DNA of 64,000 bases from the human T2T-CHM13v2.0 reference genome, Homo sapiens. Under the pieces are notes generated by a model. That model was not told the DNA's origin. It was given only the letters and a program-made list of their open reading frames with translations, and did no database searches. Both the position numbers and the translations under genes were made by a program. Location of the stretch: the NCBI RefSeq assembly GCF_009914755.1, contig NC_060934.1. One strand, written 5' to 3'. Positions 25,198 through 36,516 of the stretch are shown one piece after another (position 1 is the first letter of the stretch; every line of letters begins with the position of its first letter).

Positions 25198-26766
25198 GCA
25201 TTTTAATAATACAAATTAGCTAAAATGTGATAACTGAATTGGAGACATGTTTTACATGTGGAATATATCAACCTAACAAATGATTGCTGTTCAGATTATA
25301 CTGCAAATAGAAAAATGCAGGTATAAAAAAGGTTGTATTTGCAATATTATTAATTGCTATACATATCTAGCGTTCAATTCCAGTCATGTTTCTTTTATTT
25401 TATAAATGAAATCAAACTCAAGCTTTGATACCACAGTATGGTGTCAGATCTAGTCTCTCTCTTTTTTTTCATGTCACCTTCCTTTGAATGGTCAAAAAAC
25501 CTAGTAAATGTATTGAATCCATGAGGAATGAGATCTATCCAACTTCCCCATCCAATTGTGGGATGGGAGAGGGAAGGCCTAAAATATAATCTGGCCAATG
25601 CCACTACTTCTGGCTGCCCTGAAGCATCACGGTTGGAAATTCATCCTATCCTGTGAGGTGAGGTGGTCAGAACTCTTTGAGGCAAGATGACTCCAATCCC
25701 TCAGCACCTTGCACCACCAAAAGTATTCTTATCTTGGTTCTCCAGGTCGCAGCTGTTAGTGCTTGAGTCCTTCAGACCCAGCAACAGCCATTCCACTGCA
25801 GTGTTAGCCACATCAGGACTGCAGTATTAGAGGTATGTCAGGCACCTGCCCCTTATGGACTGAAACCACTCTCCTTTTCCCTTTGTAAAGAACTGTCTCT
25901 CAAGGGTGGGTAGCTCATCTTATTAACTCACCAATGTCTCTTTACGTTCATTGCCCTGACAATGTGAGAATACTCAATCTCTAGAGAGTTCTTAAATTTC
26001 CACCCCTTTCTGGGAGGGAAGGATCTTTTGCCTCAATGAGAAGAAGCTTTCCCAAGGATGACATGGGGACTTTCTAAGCTTCTCTCAGTGGAGCAGACAA
26101 GAAAGGAAACCTTTTTAATAATGTATTTAAACACTCAATGGGGTCATACTGTGGCATATGTGTGATACAGTAACAGAAAGCTGCTTTATTTTGGGGCGGC
26201 TGCTCACTTGGAATTGTTTTCTTTAATTTACATTGGAAGTTGAGTTCTGTGGTGCGGTTTATTTTGATAATTTAGAAAATCAACACATTTTGCCAATATT
26301 TTGTGCTATCCCAATTTTTTTATTTTAATTAGGTTTGCTCTACTCAAATTTTGTCATCACATTATTATCTTTAGCTTTAAATAACAATGTATCCTTGTAG
26401 TCTTAAAAATATTATTCAAATGTTTTCTAGGAAAATCAAATTATCATTGAAAGTTAATATATCCTTAGCTCTTAGCTCTTTTTCCGCAATGAAACTATTA
26501 TTTTTACAATGTAATTTGTAATAAATGTGATACTATCTACGTGACATCTATCAACAACAATTAGAACAGAGAATATTACTGCTTATTTTAAACCTGGTCA
26601 GGACTTTGTCCCTGACTACCTTTCCCCTCTTTCCCTTCTTGCTACCCTGGCGGAGTACCTCATTCTCAGATAAAAGTTTCACTATCAAATCATTGGCTTC
26701 TGTACAAGTCTTTTGAGGGGAACATTTTGGGTGGATTGCCATTATTTATCCAAATGTTACTTTACT

Positions 26767-27142
26767 TGTATGAGTCCATTCTCACACTGCTATACTATAA
26801 ATAACTGCTCAAGACTGGGTAATTTACAAAGAAAAGAGGTTTAACTGACTCACAGTTCCACATGGCTTGGGAGGCCTCAGGAAGCTTATAGTCATGGCTG
26901 AAGGGGAGGCAGACACATCTTACATGGTGGCAGGTGAGAGAGCACATGAGGGAGGAACTGTCAAACACTTATAAAACCATCAGATCTCATGAGAACTCAC
27001 TCACTATCATGAGAACAGCCTGGAGGAAACTGTCCCCATGATCCAATCACCTCCCACCAGGACCCACCCTTGACACATGGGGATTATGGAGATTACAATT
27101 CGAGATGAGATTTGGGTGGGGACACAGAACCAAACCATATCA
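26767..27142 (-). mobile_element. THE1D-like MaLR solo LTR with 5-bp TSD TTACT
   Basis: TGTATGAGTCCATTCTCACACTGCTAT...GAGATTTGGGTGGGGACACAGAACCAAACCATATCA. TTACT at 26762-26766 and 27143-27147. Confidence 0.92.
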
Positions 27143-27659
27143 TTACTCAACTGCAAAATAACTAAGGTCTATTTTACAAGGGATTGTGCAAGCAGAAAAA
27201 CATTTCTATGATACTATTAGCAAGTGAGACCTCCTTTGCTTAAAAGTGCTTCTTAATGTCCAAGCAGGGAGCAAGCCTGAGAAGATGGGCCTTAGAATAG
27301 GTTGATTTTTGCTGGAACCAGAAAGAAGTAGAGAATGCAAGTTCCCAGACATCAGTTTGTAAGAGTGGCTGGGATAAAGGGAGTGGCAGTTTATAAGAGT
27401 AGCAGTTTGTAAGAGTGGCAGGAGTGATGGGGAGATGGGTAAAGGGTAAATAAATCAAAATTAATTTGTTTACTAGTTTTGATTTGGCTTTTTCCAAAAC
27501 TTGAGTTTGTCTACAGTAGCATTTAGTGTCTTTTAAAATCATTAACTAAAATTAATTAAGAAAATCAATTGTGTCAGGTGTGGATTTTTTTTAATGGAAT
27601 TAAACTAAATAATATTCACTCTCTTTGCAACTCCTGACACATCTTTCCTGATTATTATT

Positions 27660-28000
27660 ATTATTTTCAAAGACTATTTTTAAAGCAGTTTTAGGTTCAC
27701 AGCAAAATAGAGAATATACAGAGATTTCCCATGTAGTCTCTGCCCCCACACATGCATAACCTCCTTCATTATCAACATACCCCACCAGAGTGATACATTT
27801 GTTATTGGTGATGAACCTAAAGCAATATAATATAATCACCCAATGCCCATAATTTACATTAGAGTGCACTTTTGGTGTTACACATTCTATGGTATTGGAC
27901 AAATGTGCAATGACCCATATCCATTATTAAAATATACAGAGTATTTTCACTGCCCTAAAGATCCTCTATGCTCTGCCACTTCATTCTTCCACCACCCCAA
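27660..28000 (-). mobile_element. L1MC/MD 3'UTR fragment
   Basis: GCAGTTTTAGGTTCACAGCAAAA...CCCCACCAGAGTGATACATTTGTTA...TTCACTGCCCTAAAGATCCTCT. Confidence 0.85.
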
Positions 28001-28482
28001 CGTCTGTTTTTTTCATAAAACTTTGAGTTAATTTAGATTTGTAGTACATAGCTGTAATCTATGTAGATCAGATTACAATCTGTAGAAAGCTGGGAGACAT
28101 GTTCTGTCTCACCCATCACTGATCTCATCCTTATGGAATGCGATTTTAGCCCTGGTGAAATCCAGCTGGGATCATAGAAAAACACATTTCCCTGATGCTT
28201 TCAACTCACTCTCTGTTCCTGGATAGTATTTATTTATTTCTGTTCTTTACAATCAGACGTAGTACAGAGAACAGCTAATAGGATAAACACAACGTTTCTT
28301 TTCTGCTCTATACTGATTCCAGTGAAAATTGAATTCCCGATTCTCTGACAAAAAATATTTCATAGGAATTTTGACCCTGAATCTCATGTATTATATGCTT
28401 TTAAACTAAGCTATATGCATATATATTGTTCAAATTAGCAGAATCTTCAGGCATTTTCCTTTTTTCTGTTATGTCATATTCT

Positions 28483-29024
28483 TATAACCAGGAACCTCAG
28501 TTTAAAAAATATTTTTTAATTATCCACATTATTTTTCTTCGTTTCCTCCCCTCTCACCTCTTCATTCCTTCCCTCTCTAAACACTCCCCTCTGGCAATGC
28601 ATACTTACCTGACTATACTCTTGCCTAAGAAATCCCAGAGGCTAATCTTGCAACAACCTAGGCACGGAAACCCTGTTGTGGAATCCGCCTACTTTGGGAA
28701 AGTTGTGAACAATGAGTCCACCACCAACAGGCCAAAGTCAAGATAATGCCGACCAGACTTCCTGATGGGTGATTGCCCAAGATAACCATCAGAATGAAGA
28801 CACGTAGACCCTGCACCCTGCACAACTCCTCATGTCTCCCATGCCAAGTTTCCCTTTAAAAACCCTATGGTAAATTTTAAAATTTAAGACAGTACTTTAA
28901 AATGTCAAATTACCATCTTCTTGGTTTGCTGTCTCTCCAATTAAACCCACTTTTCTGCCCACCAGCCCTTGCCTGTCATGTTTGGCTTTCAAGTGGCAAA
29001 CAGCCAAACCTGGGTCCAGTTACA
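28483..29024 (+). mobile_element. solo LTR (MER72/LTR47/MER66-like) with 4-bp TSD TTCT
   Basis: TATAACC...AGTTACA termini, ATTAAA signal, and TTGGCTTTCAAGTGGCAAACAGCCAAACCTG 3' end. TTCT at 28479-28482 and 29025-29028. Confidence 0.7.
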
Positions 29025-29329
29025 TTCTGGTAATATAAAATTGCTCTATTTGCAGAATTATTACTTCAAAAAATGCTTATTTATATTGCTCAGGAATTTG
29101 AATTAAAATATCTCTTTATTAAAGCACCATCAATAATGAATTTTCATCTGAAGGCAAGATTTCAGTGAACAGAATAATATAAATATTTAGTTTCTTTTTT
29201 GACATTTTGTTACTTTCAGTTTTATGATTTCTTTTGCATTTCAGTGCTTGACAAGTACAGCATTCTAATATACCTTTAGAATAATAAATTCAGTGACACA
29301 TATCTCAAATAGTAGAGACATGATTGAAA

Positions 29330-29540
29330 AGTCATGGAACTAGTTGGCAGATAAGTTATTTCAAGTTTTGTTCCTGTTACGTATAAGCTATGTGATCATT
29401 GGAGGGTTACTTAAACTCTCAGATCCTCACTTATTTTGCTAAAAAAACACCAATAATAGTTATCTATGTAGAGTTATTGTTAGAATTAGGGATAATGTGT
29501 ATAATGTAGTAATGAGCTTGACATATTTAGATATTGACTA
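29330..29540 (+). mobile_element. MIR
   Basis: AGCTATGTGATC...GTTACTTAAACTCTC...AGAGTTATTGTTAGAATTAGGGATAATG. Confidence 0.65.
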
Positions 29541-29587
29541 AAAGGAAGCATTTACATGAAATCCTTGGACAATGCATTAGGCAACCT

Positions 29588-30045
29588 GTGAGAGGAGTCC
29601 CAATGATCCTTGCTTCCTAGTGTTCCTGGCCTTAGGCAATCTCTTCTTCTTTGGGGTGGCTGGAATTATTGCCTTGCTTCTAATGAATAGAATATGGAAG
29701 AGTGTGCTCCCCCTCACAGCTCTGGCGTCACTTGCCTTGGGGGAAGCCAGCTGCCATATTGTAGGGCAGTCCTATGGAGTAGCCCATGGGGTGAGTGACC
29801 AAGGCCTGTCAACAGCCATGTGAATGAGCTTGTACACAAATTAACTGACCTCAGTCATCTCATCCACATGAGACTGCAGCTCTGCCTAACATCTTGACTA
29901 TAGCTCATGAAAGAGCTTGAGTCAGAAACACCCAACTAAGTGGTGCCCAGATTCCTGACTGACAGAAAATGTGAGATAATTAGTGTCTGTCATTTTAAAC
30001 TGCGAAATTTTGAGGATTTGTTACATGACAATAGATGGCAAATAT
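29588..30045 (+). mobile_element. MLT1F/G-like LTR
   Basis: GGGGAAGCCAGCTGCCATATTGT...AACAGCCATGTGAATGAGCTT...CAGATTCCTGACTGACAGAAAATGTGAGATAAT. Confidence 0.72.
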
Positions 30046-30410
30046 GTCATAAAAAGCATTGCAACTAAATTTTAGGAAAAAATCATTTGGTAAATTTTTA
30101 TGTAATTCATCATAAAACTATATCTGATGTGTGTTGGTATGGGAAGAGGTGGAGCGGGGATTATGAGGCAGTTTTATGAGACAGACTTTAGGCTGTGTCT
30201 GTTTATCTGACAGTAGCCATGAGTCTCAAAAATGTGTCTATGAAACAGTAGCCTGCTTTTCTAAATGCTCCAAGAAACACGAGCATTGTGGTCGCCTATG
30301 TTTGGGAAACACTAATACATTTTTTGAATCTTGGAAAATCACAATGAACATAGTATGTTACAGGCTCTAGAAATCTCAGAGCTGCTAAAATTTCTAATAA
30401 GTTAACGCTT

Positions 30411-30734
30411 TGCTATGGACTGAATGTGTCCCCAAAATGCATGTGTTGGAAACTTAATTCCCAATGCAACTACAGTGTTCACAGGTGGGCCTTTTGGGAA
30501 GTGTTTAGTTCATGTGTGGATTAAGTCTGCTATGAAAAGGGCTTATGACCATGAAATTGCTCTTTTACCCTTCTTCATTCTGCTTCATTCACACAGCTGG
30601 AAGGCCTTCACCAGATGCCGGCACCTTGATCTTTGATTTCTCATCCTCCAGAACTGTGAGAAATACATTTCTCTTCTTCATAAATCATCCAGTCTCAGAT
30701 ATTGTGTTATAGTAGCACAAAATGGACTAAGACA
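30411..30734 (+). mobile_element. MST-family (MSTB/C-like) LTR
   Basis: TGCTATGGACTGAATGTGTCCCCAAAA...CCTCCAGAACTGTGAGAAATA...AAAATGGACTAAGACA. Confidence 0.85.
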
Positions 30735-31143
30735 AACTTTAATGTTAAGCATCCAACAATGCACTCTGGCAAATTGTGGGTTACTTCTACCAAAAAGTGT
30801 GAAATCCTGGCCTGTTCCTCACTGCAGCCTGAACTTAGCTTATAAGCAGATATTTGCAATCTATTTAAACTTGCCTCAGCCCCAGGCCTTAGGGGTTCAA
30901 CCTTTCCCCAGAGCAAATGTTTTTTTTTTATGAAATAACAAGAACTCAGTGTTATAATCAACAGATGGTAATAGCTGAGCAAGTTCTAATCTCATAACAC
31001 TGAAGAAATTGTTCCCAGTCTCATTCTGTCATTCCCATTTCATCATTTTCTTCTGATTTGTTGAGTTATTGCTTAATCTCAATAATTTACTTATTTTTCA
31101 GAAGGATTTGTTAACAATACCTTCTCCCCCCTCGGAGCACTCA

Positions 31144-31146
<3 letters not shown>

Positions 31147-31200
<54 letters not shown>
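31147..31200. repeat. (TA)27 microsatellite
   Basis: Read directly. Confidence 0.97.
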
Positions 31201-31204
<4 letters not shown>

Positions 31205-31679
31205 TTTCAAATTTAAAATTTCTGGCTATGTACAATTTTAGTTCTCCATGAAAGATTTGTCTTCACTATGACTTGCAGCATTTCTGCTAAATTTTGTATA
31301 ATGTCTTTGCAACATATTTAAAAATTCTTTTGAAATGTTTGTGTACCATTTGCAGCAGTGTATGGAAGTTACTATGAGAATTACCTTAAAATTTAAAACA
31401 GAAGTGAAAAGTTTTGCATAATTGGAAGGACTTTCTGATATCAAGTTTAAAATGTTAGGATTTTAACATAAGCTATATCTATGTGTGTAGGTCTGTTCTT
31501 ATTTGGATATAATTTTTGAGATTATCACTGGAAATGTTATTACGTCAGATTTTCTATGTCAGCTATGCTAATATCACTGTCAGAAAAATTTTACAAAAAT
31601 TCTCCAGGGTATACATTTTATGGAGTGTGCTTGGTTAACAAATTCTCTTCTCTGAGCACTAGCAACAACCAAAACAACA

Positions 31680-31930
31680 GCATTGGCAATCATTGAGTGT
31701 CTGTGTGCTATGAACTCCACCGGGCATTTTACATATGTATAATATATCCCTGTAGGATTTTACAACAATCTTACAAAATAGTTATTATAATTCCTATTTT
31801 ACACATAAAGAAACTGAAGCTGAGAGCAATTAGATCACTTTTTCAGGGACTTAAAGCTAGTGGTGGCAGAGCCAGCATTGAAACACAGGTTTGTTTACTC
31901 CCAGAGCCATGTTCTTGATAATTATATTGC
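31680..31930 (-). mobile_element. MIR
   Basis: TTCCTATTTTACACATAAAGAAACTGAAGCTGAGAG...GTGGCAGAGCCAGCATTGAAAC. Confidence 0.8.
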
Positions 31931-32239
31931 TTTAACAATTTTTATGTATTTTAATTTACACTCTCTGCAATTCATACACAAGGGTTCTTGACATGGTGAC
32001 AGGACAGGACAGATCAAGACAGAGGCTCTCCAAGGCAGTGAAAAGACCCTTCCTATCTCCTCTGGCTTAACCTGGGTTTATGCTCCTTTCCTGGCCCTGT
32101 TGGTATAATCGGCAACATCTGTGTTGTTAGAGGGTGGAGAGCGCATGGATCATCTTAGCTCAAAGGTAGGTTCTAACAGCATAGAAGATGGAGTAGAGAA
32201 AAATAAATAGTGTTTTTTTTTCTCTCTGCTACTTACTAG

Positions 32240-32580
32240 AGCCATGCTATCTAATATGGCAGACACTAACCACATGTGACTTTTGAGCACTTGAATGTGG
32301 TTAGTTCAAATTAAGACGGACTGTAAAACATACACCCCCTGCCCCCAGACATCATATTTCATTAAGGCAACATAAAAATGCCAATTATCTCATTTATAAC
32401 TTTTATAATTATTGCATTTTGAAGTAATATTTTTTAAAACATTAGCTTAAATAAAATGTATTACTAAAATCAATTTCTCTTGTTTCTTTGTATTTCCTTC
32501 AATGTAGATACTAGAAAATTTAAAATTGCATATGTGGCTTGCCTTTGTGGTTTTCATTATATTTCTGTTGGGTCACATGG
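32240..32580. mobile_element. MER33-like hAT MITE
   Basis: CTAATATGGCAG...CCACATGTGAC...GAGCACTTGAATGTGG...CTAGAAAATTTAAAATTGCATATGTGGCT...ATATTTCTGTTGG. Confidence 0.75.
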
Positions 32581-33292
32581 TCTCAGAGGGTAAAAGACAG
32601 GAAGAAAACATTCCTATTTTTCACAATTTGCCTGCCCTCAGACCTGAAACCTTGAAGATAAATATTATCAAGCTCCTATTTTCCTGAAAGGGAGTAGACA
32701 AATCCAGCTAACTGCAATTTCTGGCACCATAAATAAATGACTTGTAGACAATTTTAATGTGTTTTCTAAAAATATTTCTTCCATATATGTGGCATGCAGT
32801 CCTGAATAAAGCTCCTGTGGATCAGGCAAGTTCATTTTTGGGTCACTGGCACTTATGTATCCACCATTATCTTGGCCCAATCTCATTATATTATGCCAAC
32901 TTTGAGGGAAGAACTGAGTCATCACCTTCCTTTGTAATTTCCTAGACAATGCTCCACTCATAATGGGTTTTCAGAAACATATCTACCTGATCAAAGTCAC
33001 TCGCCCACTCATTCACCACAAACCTCTGATGATGAGATTTGTTTTATTCCTTGTGATTCATCTTGGTGAATGTACCATGCGGTTTTGAAATAAATGTGTT
33101 ATAATGCAGATGTTGGGTCTACTGTTCCCTAACTTTTAGATCAAGATAGCTGATAGTGTTGTTCAAGTTGTCTGTTTTTACTGATGTTTTTGTCTAGTTG
33201 TTTTATCAAATGGAGTATTGAAATCTCTAACTATGGTGATATAATTATCTTTTTCCTTTTAATTCTTTCAATTTTTGCTTCATGTAAACAAG

Positions 33293-34560
33293 CTTTTCTT
33301 TTTTTAATTGACAGATAACATTGTATGTTTTGATCATGTATAAAACCATATCGTGTTTTGAAGTATATATACATTGTAGAATGTGTAAACCTAGCTAGCA
33401 AAGAAATGCATTACTCACATAGTTACAACTTTGTGGTGAGCATTTAACATCCACTCTTCACATTTTTCAAGAATACAATATATTGTAATTAACTATAATC
33501 AGTTTATTGTACAATAGACCCCTTAAAGTTTATTCCCCCATCCAACTCATCTAACTGTAATTATGCATCCTGTGACTAACATCTTCCCATATCCTCCCAA
33601 CCATCCCAGCCTCTGGTAACCACTATTTGACTCTCTACTTCGATGAGATCAACTTTTTAGATTCCACATATGAGAGAGAATATGCAGTAATTATCTTTCT
33701 GTGCCTGGCTTATTTCACTTAACATAATGTCCTCTAGGTTCATCCATATTGTCACAAATGGCAGGATTTTATTATTTTGTGTGGCTGAATAGTATTCTAT
33801 TGTGTATATATACCACATTTTCATTATCCATTCATCTACTGGTAGATATTTGGGTTGATTCCACATCTCAGCTACTGTAAATAATGCTGCAATAAACACT
33901 GGAGTGTAGATATATCTTTGGCATACTGATTTCCTTTCTTTTGGACATATACTCAGTAGTGGGATTATAGACCATATGGTAGTTTTATTTCTAAATTTTT
34001 TAGGAACCTCCAAACTGTTTTCCATAATAGCTGCACTAATTTTTAATTCTCACCAATAGTGTGTAAAGGTTCCCTTTTCTCTACATCCTTGCAAACACTT
34101 ATTATCTTTTGTATTTTGGATAATAACCATTCTAAGTGGGGTGAGGTGATATTTCATTGTGGTTTTGATTTGCATTTCCCTGATGATTAGTGATGTTTAA
34201 CATTTTTTCAATACCTGTTGGCCATTTGTGTATCTTCTTTTGAGAAATATTTATTCAAGTCTTTTGCTCACTTTTAAACTGGGTTATTTGCTTTTGCTAT
34301 TGTTTGAGTTTCTTATAAATCTTGGATATTAATCCCTTGTCAGATGTATAGTGTGCAAATATTTTCTCCCAATTCTGTAGGTTGATTTTTTTTACTCTGT
34401 TGATTGTTCCTTTTTCTGTGCAGAAGCTTTTTAGTTTGATGTAATCCCATTTGTCTATTTTTGCTTTTGTTGCCTGTGACCTTGAAGTACTATCCAAAAA
34501 TACTTGCCCAGACCAATGTCATCAAGCATTTCCTCTATGTTTTCTATTAGTAGTTTTATG
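33293..34560 (-). mobile_element. L1MA-type 3' fragment
   Basis: ORFs 33657-34025 and 34297-34497 encode an L1 ORF2 C-terminus ([33 protein letters not shown]). L1MA 3'UTR and poly-T at the left end. Confidence 0.92.
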
Positions 34561-34949
34561 CCCTCATTTTTAATGCTTTATGTTTTTGTGGTATATATAT
34601 ATATATATTTTATAACTCTTTACTTTCAAGTTATTTGTGTCTTTATATTTCAAGTGCATCTCTTAAGGATAGCATTAAGTTGATTGGGTCTTGCTTTCTT
34701 ATCCCCCTGATAATCTCTGCACTTTAACTGGAAGTGCTTCATTCATTAACATTTAATGAATCATTCGTATGGTAAGATTTAGGTCTGCCATTTTATTACT
34801 TTTTTATTTATCCCTTCTGTTTTCTCTTTCTCTTATCTCCATTCCTTGCCTAAGTACTGAATATGTATCATATTTTAATTATAATTTTTTTATTGGCTTT
34901 TTGGCTAAACCACTATTTTTAGTGGTTGTTCAAGGGATTACAACATACA

Positions 34950-35021
34950 CTCCATTCATTTTCATATTGCTATGAAGAAATACTCAAGACTGGGTAATTT
35001 ATTTAGAAAAAAAGAGGTTTA
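34950..35021 (-). mobile_element. THE1C-like LTR, left piece
   Basis: TTTTCATATTGCTATGAAGAAATACTCAAGACTGGGTAATTTAT...AAAAGAGGTTTA. Confidence 0.85.
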
Positions 35022-35449
35022 GGCCTGCCACCTGTTCCACTCCATACTACCACAGCTGATGCTCTCTTGAAAGCACCACCTTCCAACAGGAAGCCAACCA
35101 GCACAAAAATAATGCATTAATCAACCAAAGCTAAGAACCCTCACAGAGTCCATTTCACCCCCCTGCCACCTCCACTGAAGCAGGTCCTGGTATCCATGAC
35201 TAAGAGACCCACAGATTGTTCACATCACAGGACTCTGTGCAGACAACCCCAACTACCAGCCCAGAGCCTGGTGGACTTGCCGGGTGATTAGATCCAGAAG
35301 AGCGATAACAATCACTACAGCTTGACTCTCAGGAAGCCACTTCCCTAGGAAAAGAGGGAGAGTACTACCTCAAAGGAAACACCCCATGGGTCAAGAGAAA
35401 CTGAACAACAGCCTTGAGTCCTAGACCTTCCCTCTGACAGAGCCTACCC

Positions 35450-36445
35450 AAATGTGAAGGAACCAGAAAACCAACCCTGGTAATACGACAAAACAACATT
35501 CTTTAATACCCCCCAAAAATCACACTAGCTCTCCAGCAATGGATCAAAACCAAGAAGAAATCCTGGATCTATCTGAAAAAGAATTCAGAAGGTTAGTTAT
35601 TAAGCTAACCAGGGAGGCACCAGAGAAAGGCCAAGCCGAATGTAAGGAAATAAAAAAAAAATGATACAAGAAGTGAAGGGAGAAATATTTAATAAAATAG
35701 ATAGCATACATAAAAAACAAAACTTCAGGAAAAATGGATGCACTTACAAAATTGCAAAATGCTCTGGAAAGTCTCAGAAATAGAATGGAACAAGCAGAAG
35801 AAAGAACTTCAGAGCTTGAAGACAAGATTTTTGAATTAACCCAATCCAACAAAAGACAAGGAAAAAACGAGTAAGAAAATATGAACAAAGCCTCCAAGAA
35901 GTCTGGGATCATTTTAAACAACCAAACCTAAGAATAATTGGTGTTCCTGAGGAAGAAGAAAAATCAAAAACTTTGGAAAATATATTTGGAAGAATAATCA
36001 AGGAAAACTTCCTCAGCCTTGCTACAGAACTAGACATCCAAATACGAGAAGCTCAAAGAACACCTGGGAAATTAATCACAAAAAGATCATCGCCTAGGTA
36101 CACTGTCATTAGGTTATCTACAGTTAAGACAAAGGAAAGACTGTTAAGCACTGTGAGGCAAAAAACACCACGTAACCTATAAGGAAAAATCTTACAAATT
36201 AACATCCGATTTCTCAGCAGAAACCCTACAAGATAGAAGAGATTGGGGCTCTATCGTCAGCCCCCTCAGACAAAACAATTACCAGCAAAACTAAGCTTCA
36301 TAAGTGAAGGAAAGATACAGTCTTTTTCAGACAAACAAACGCTGAGAGAATTCACCATTACCAAGCGAGCTCTAAAGAACTGCAAAAAGGAGCTCTAAAT
36401 CTTGAAACAAATCCTGGAAACCCATCAAAACAGAACCTCTTTAAA
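35450..36445 (+). pseudogene. L1PB ORF1 remnant
   Basis: ENIFGRIIKENFLSLATELDIQIREAQRTP...SSPRYTVIRL fragment, multiple stops and frameshifts. Confidence 0.85.
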
Positions 36446-36516
36446 ACATAAATCTCACAGAACCTAAGAAACAAAAATACAATAAAAAAGTATACGGGCA
36501 AAAAATAGCACAATAA

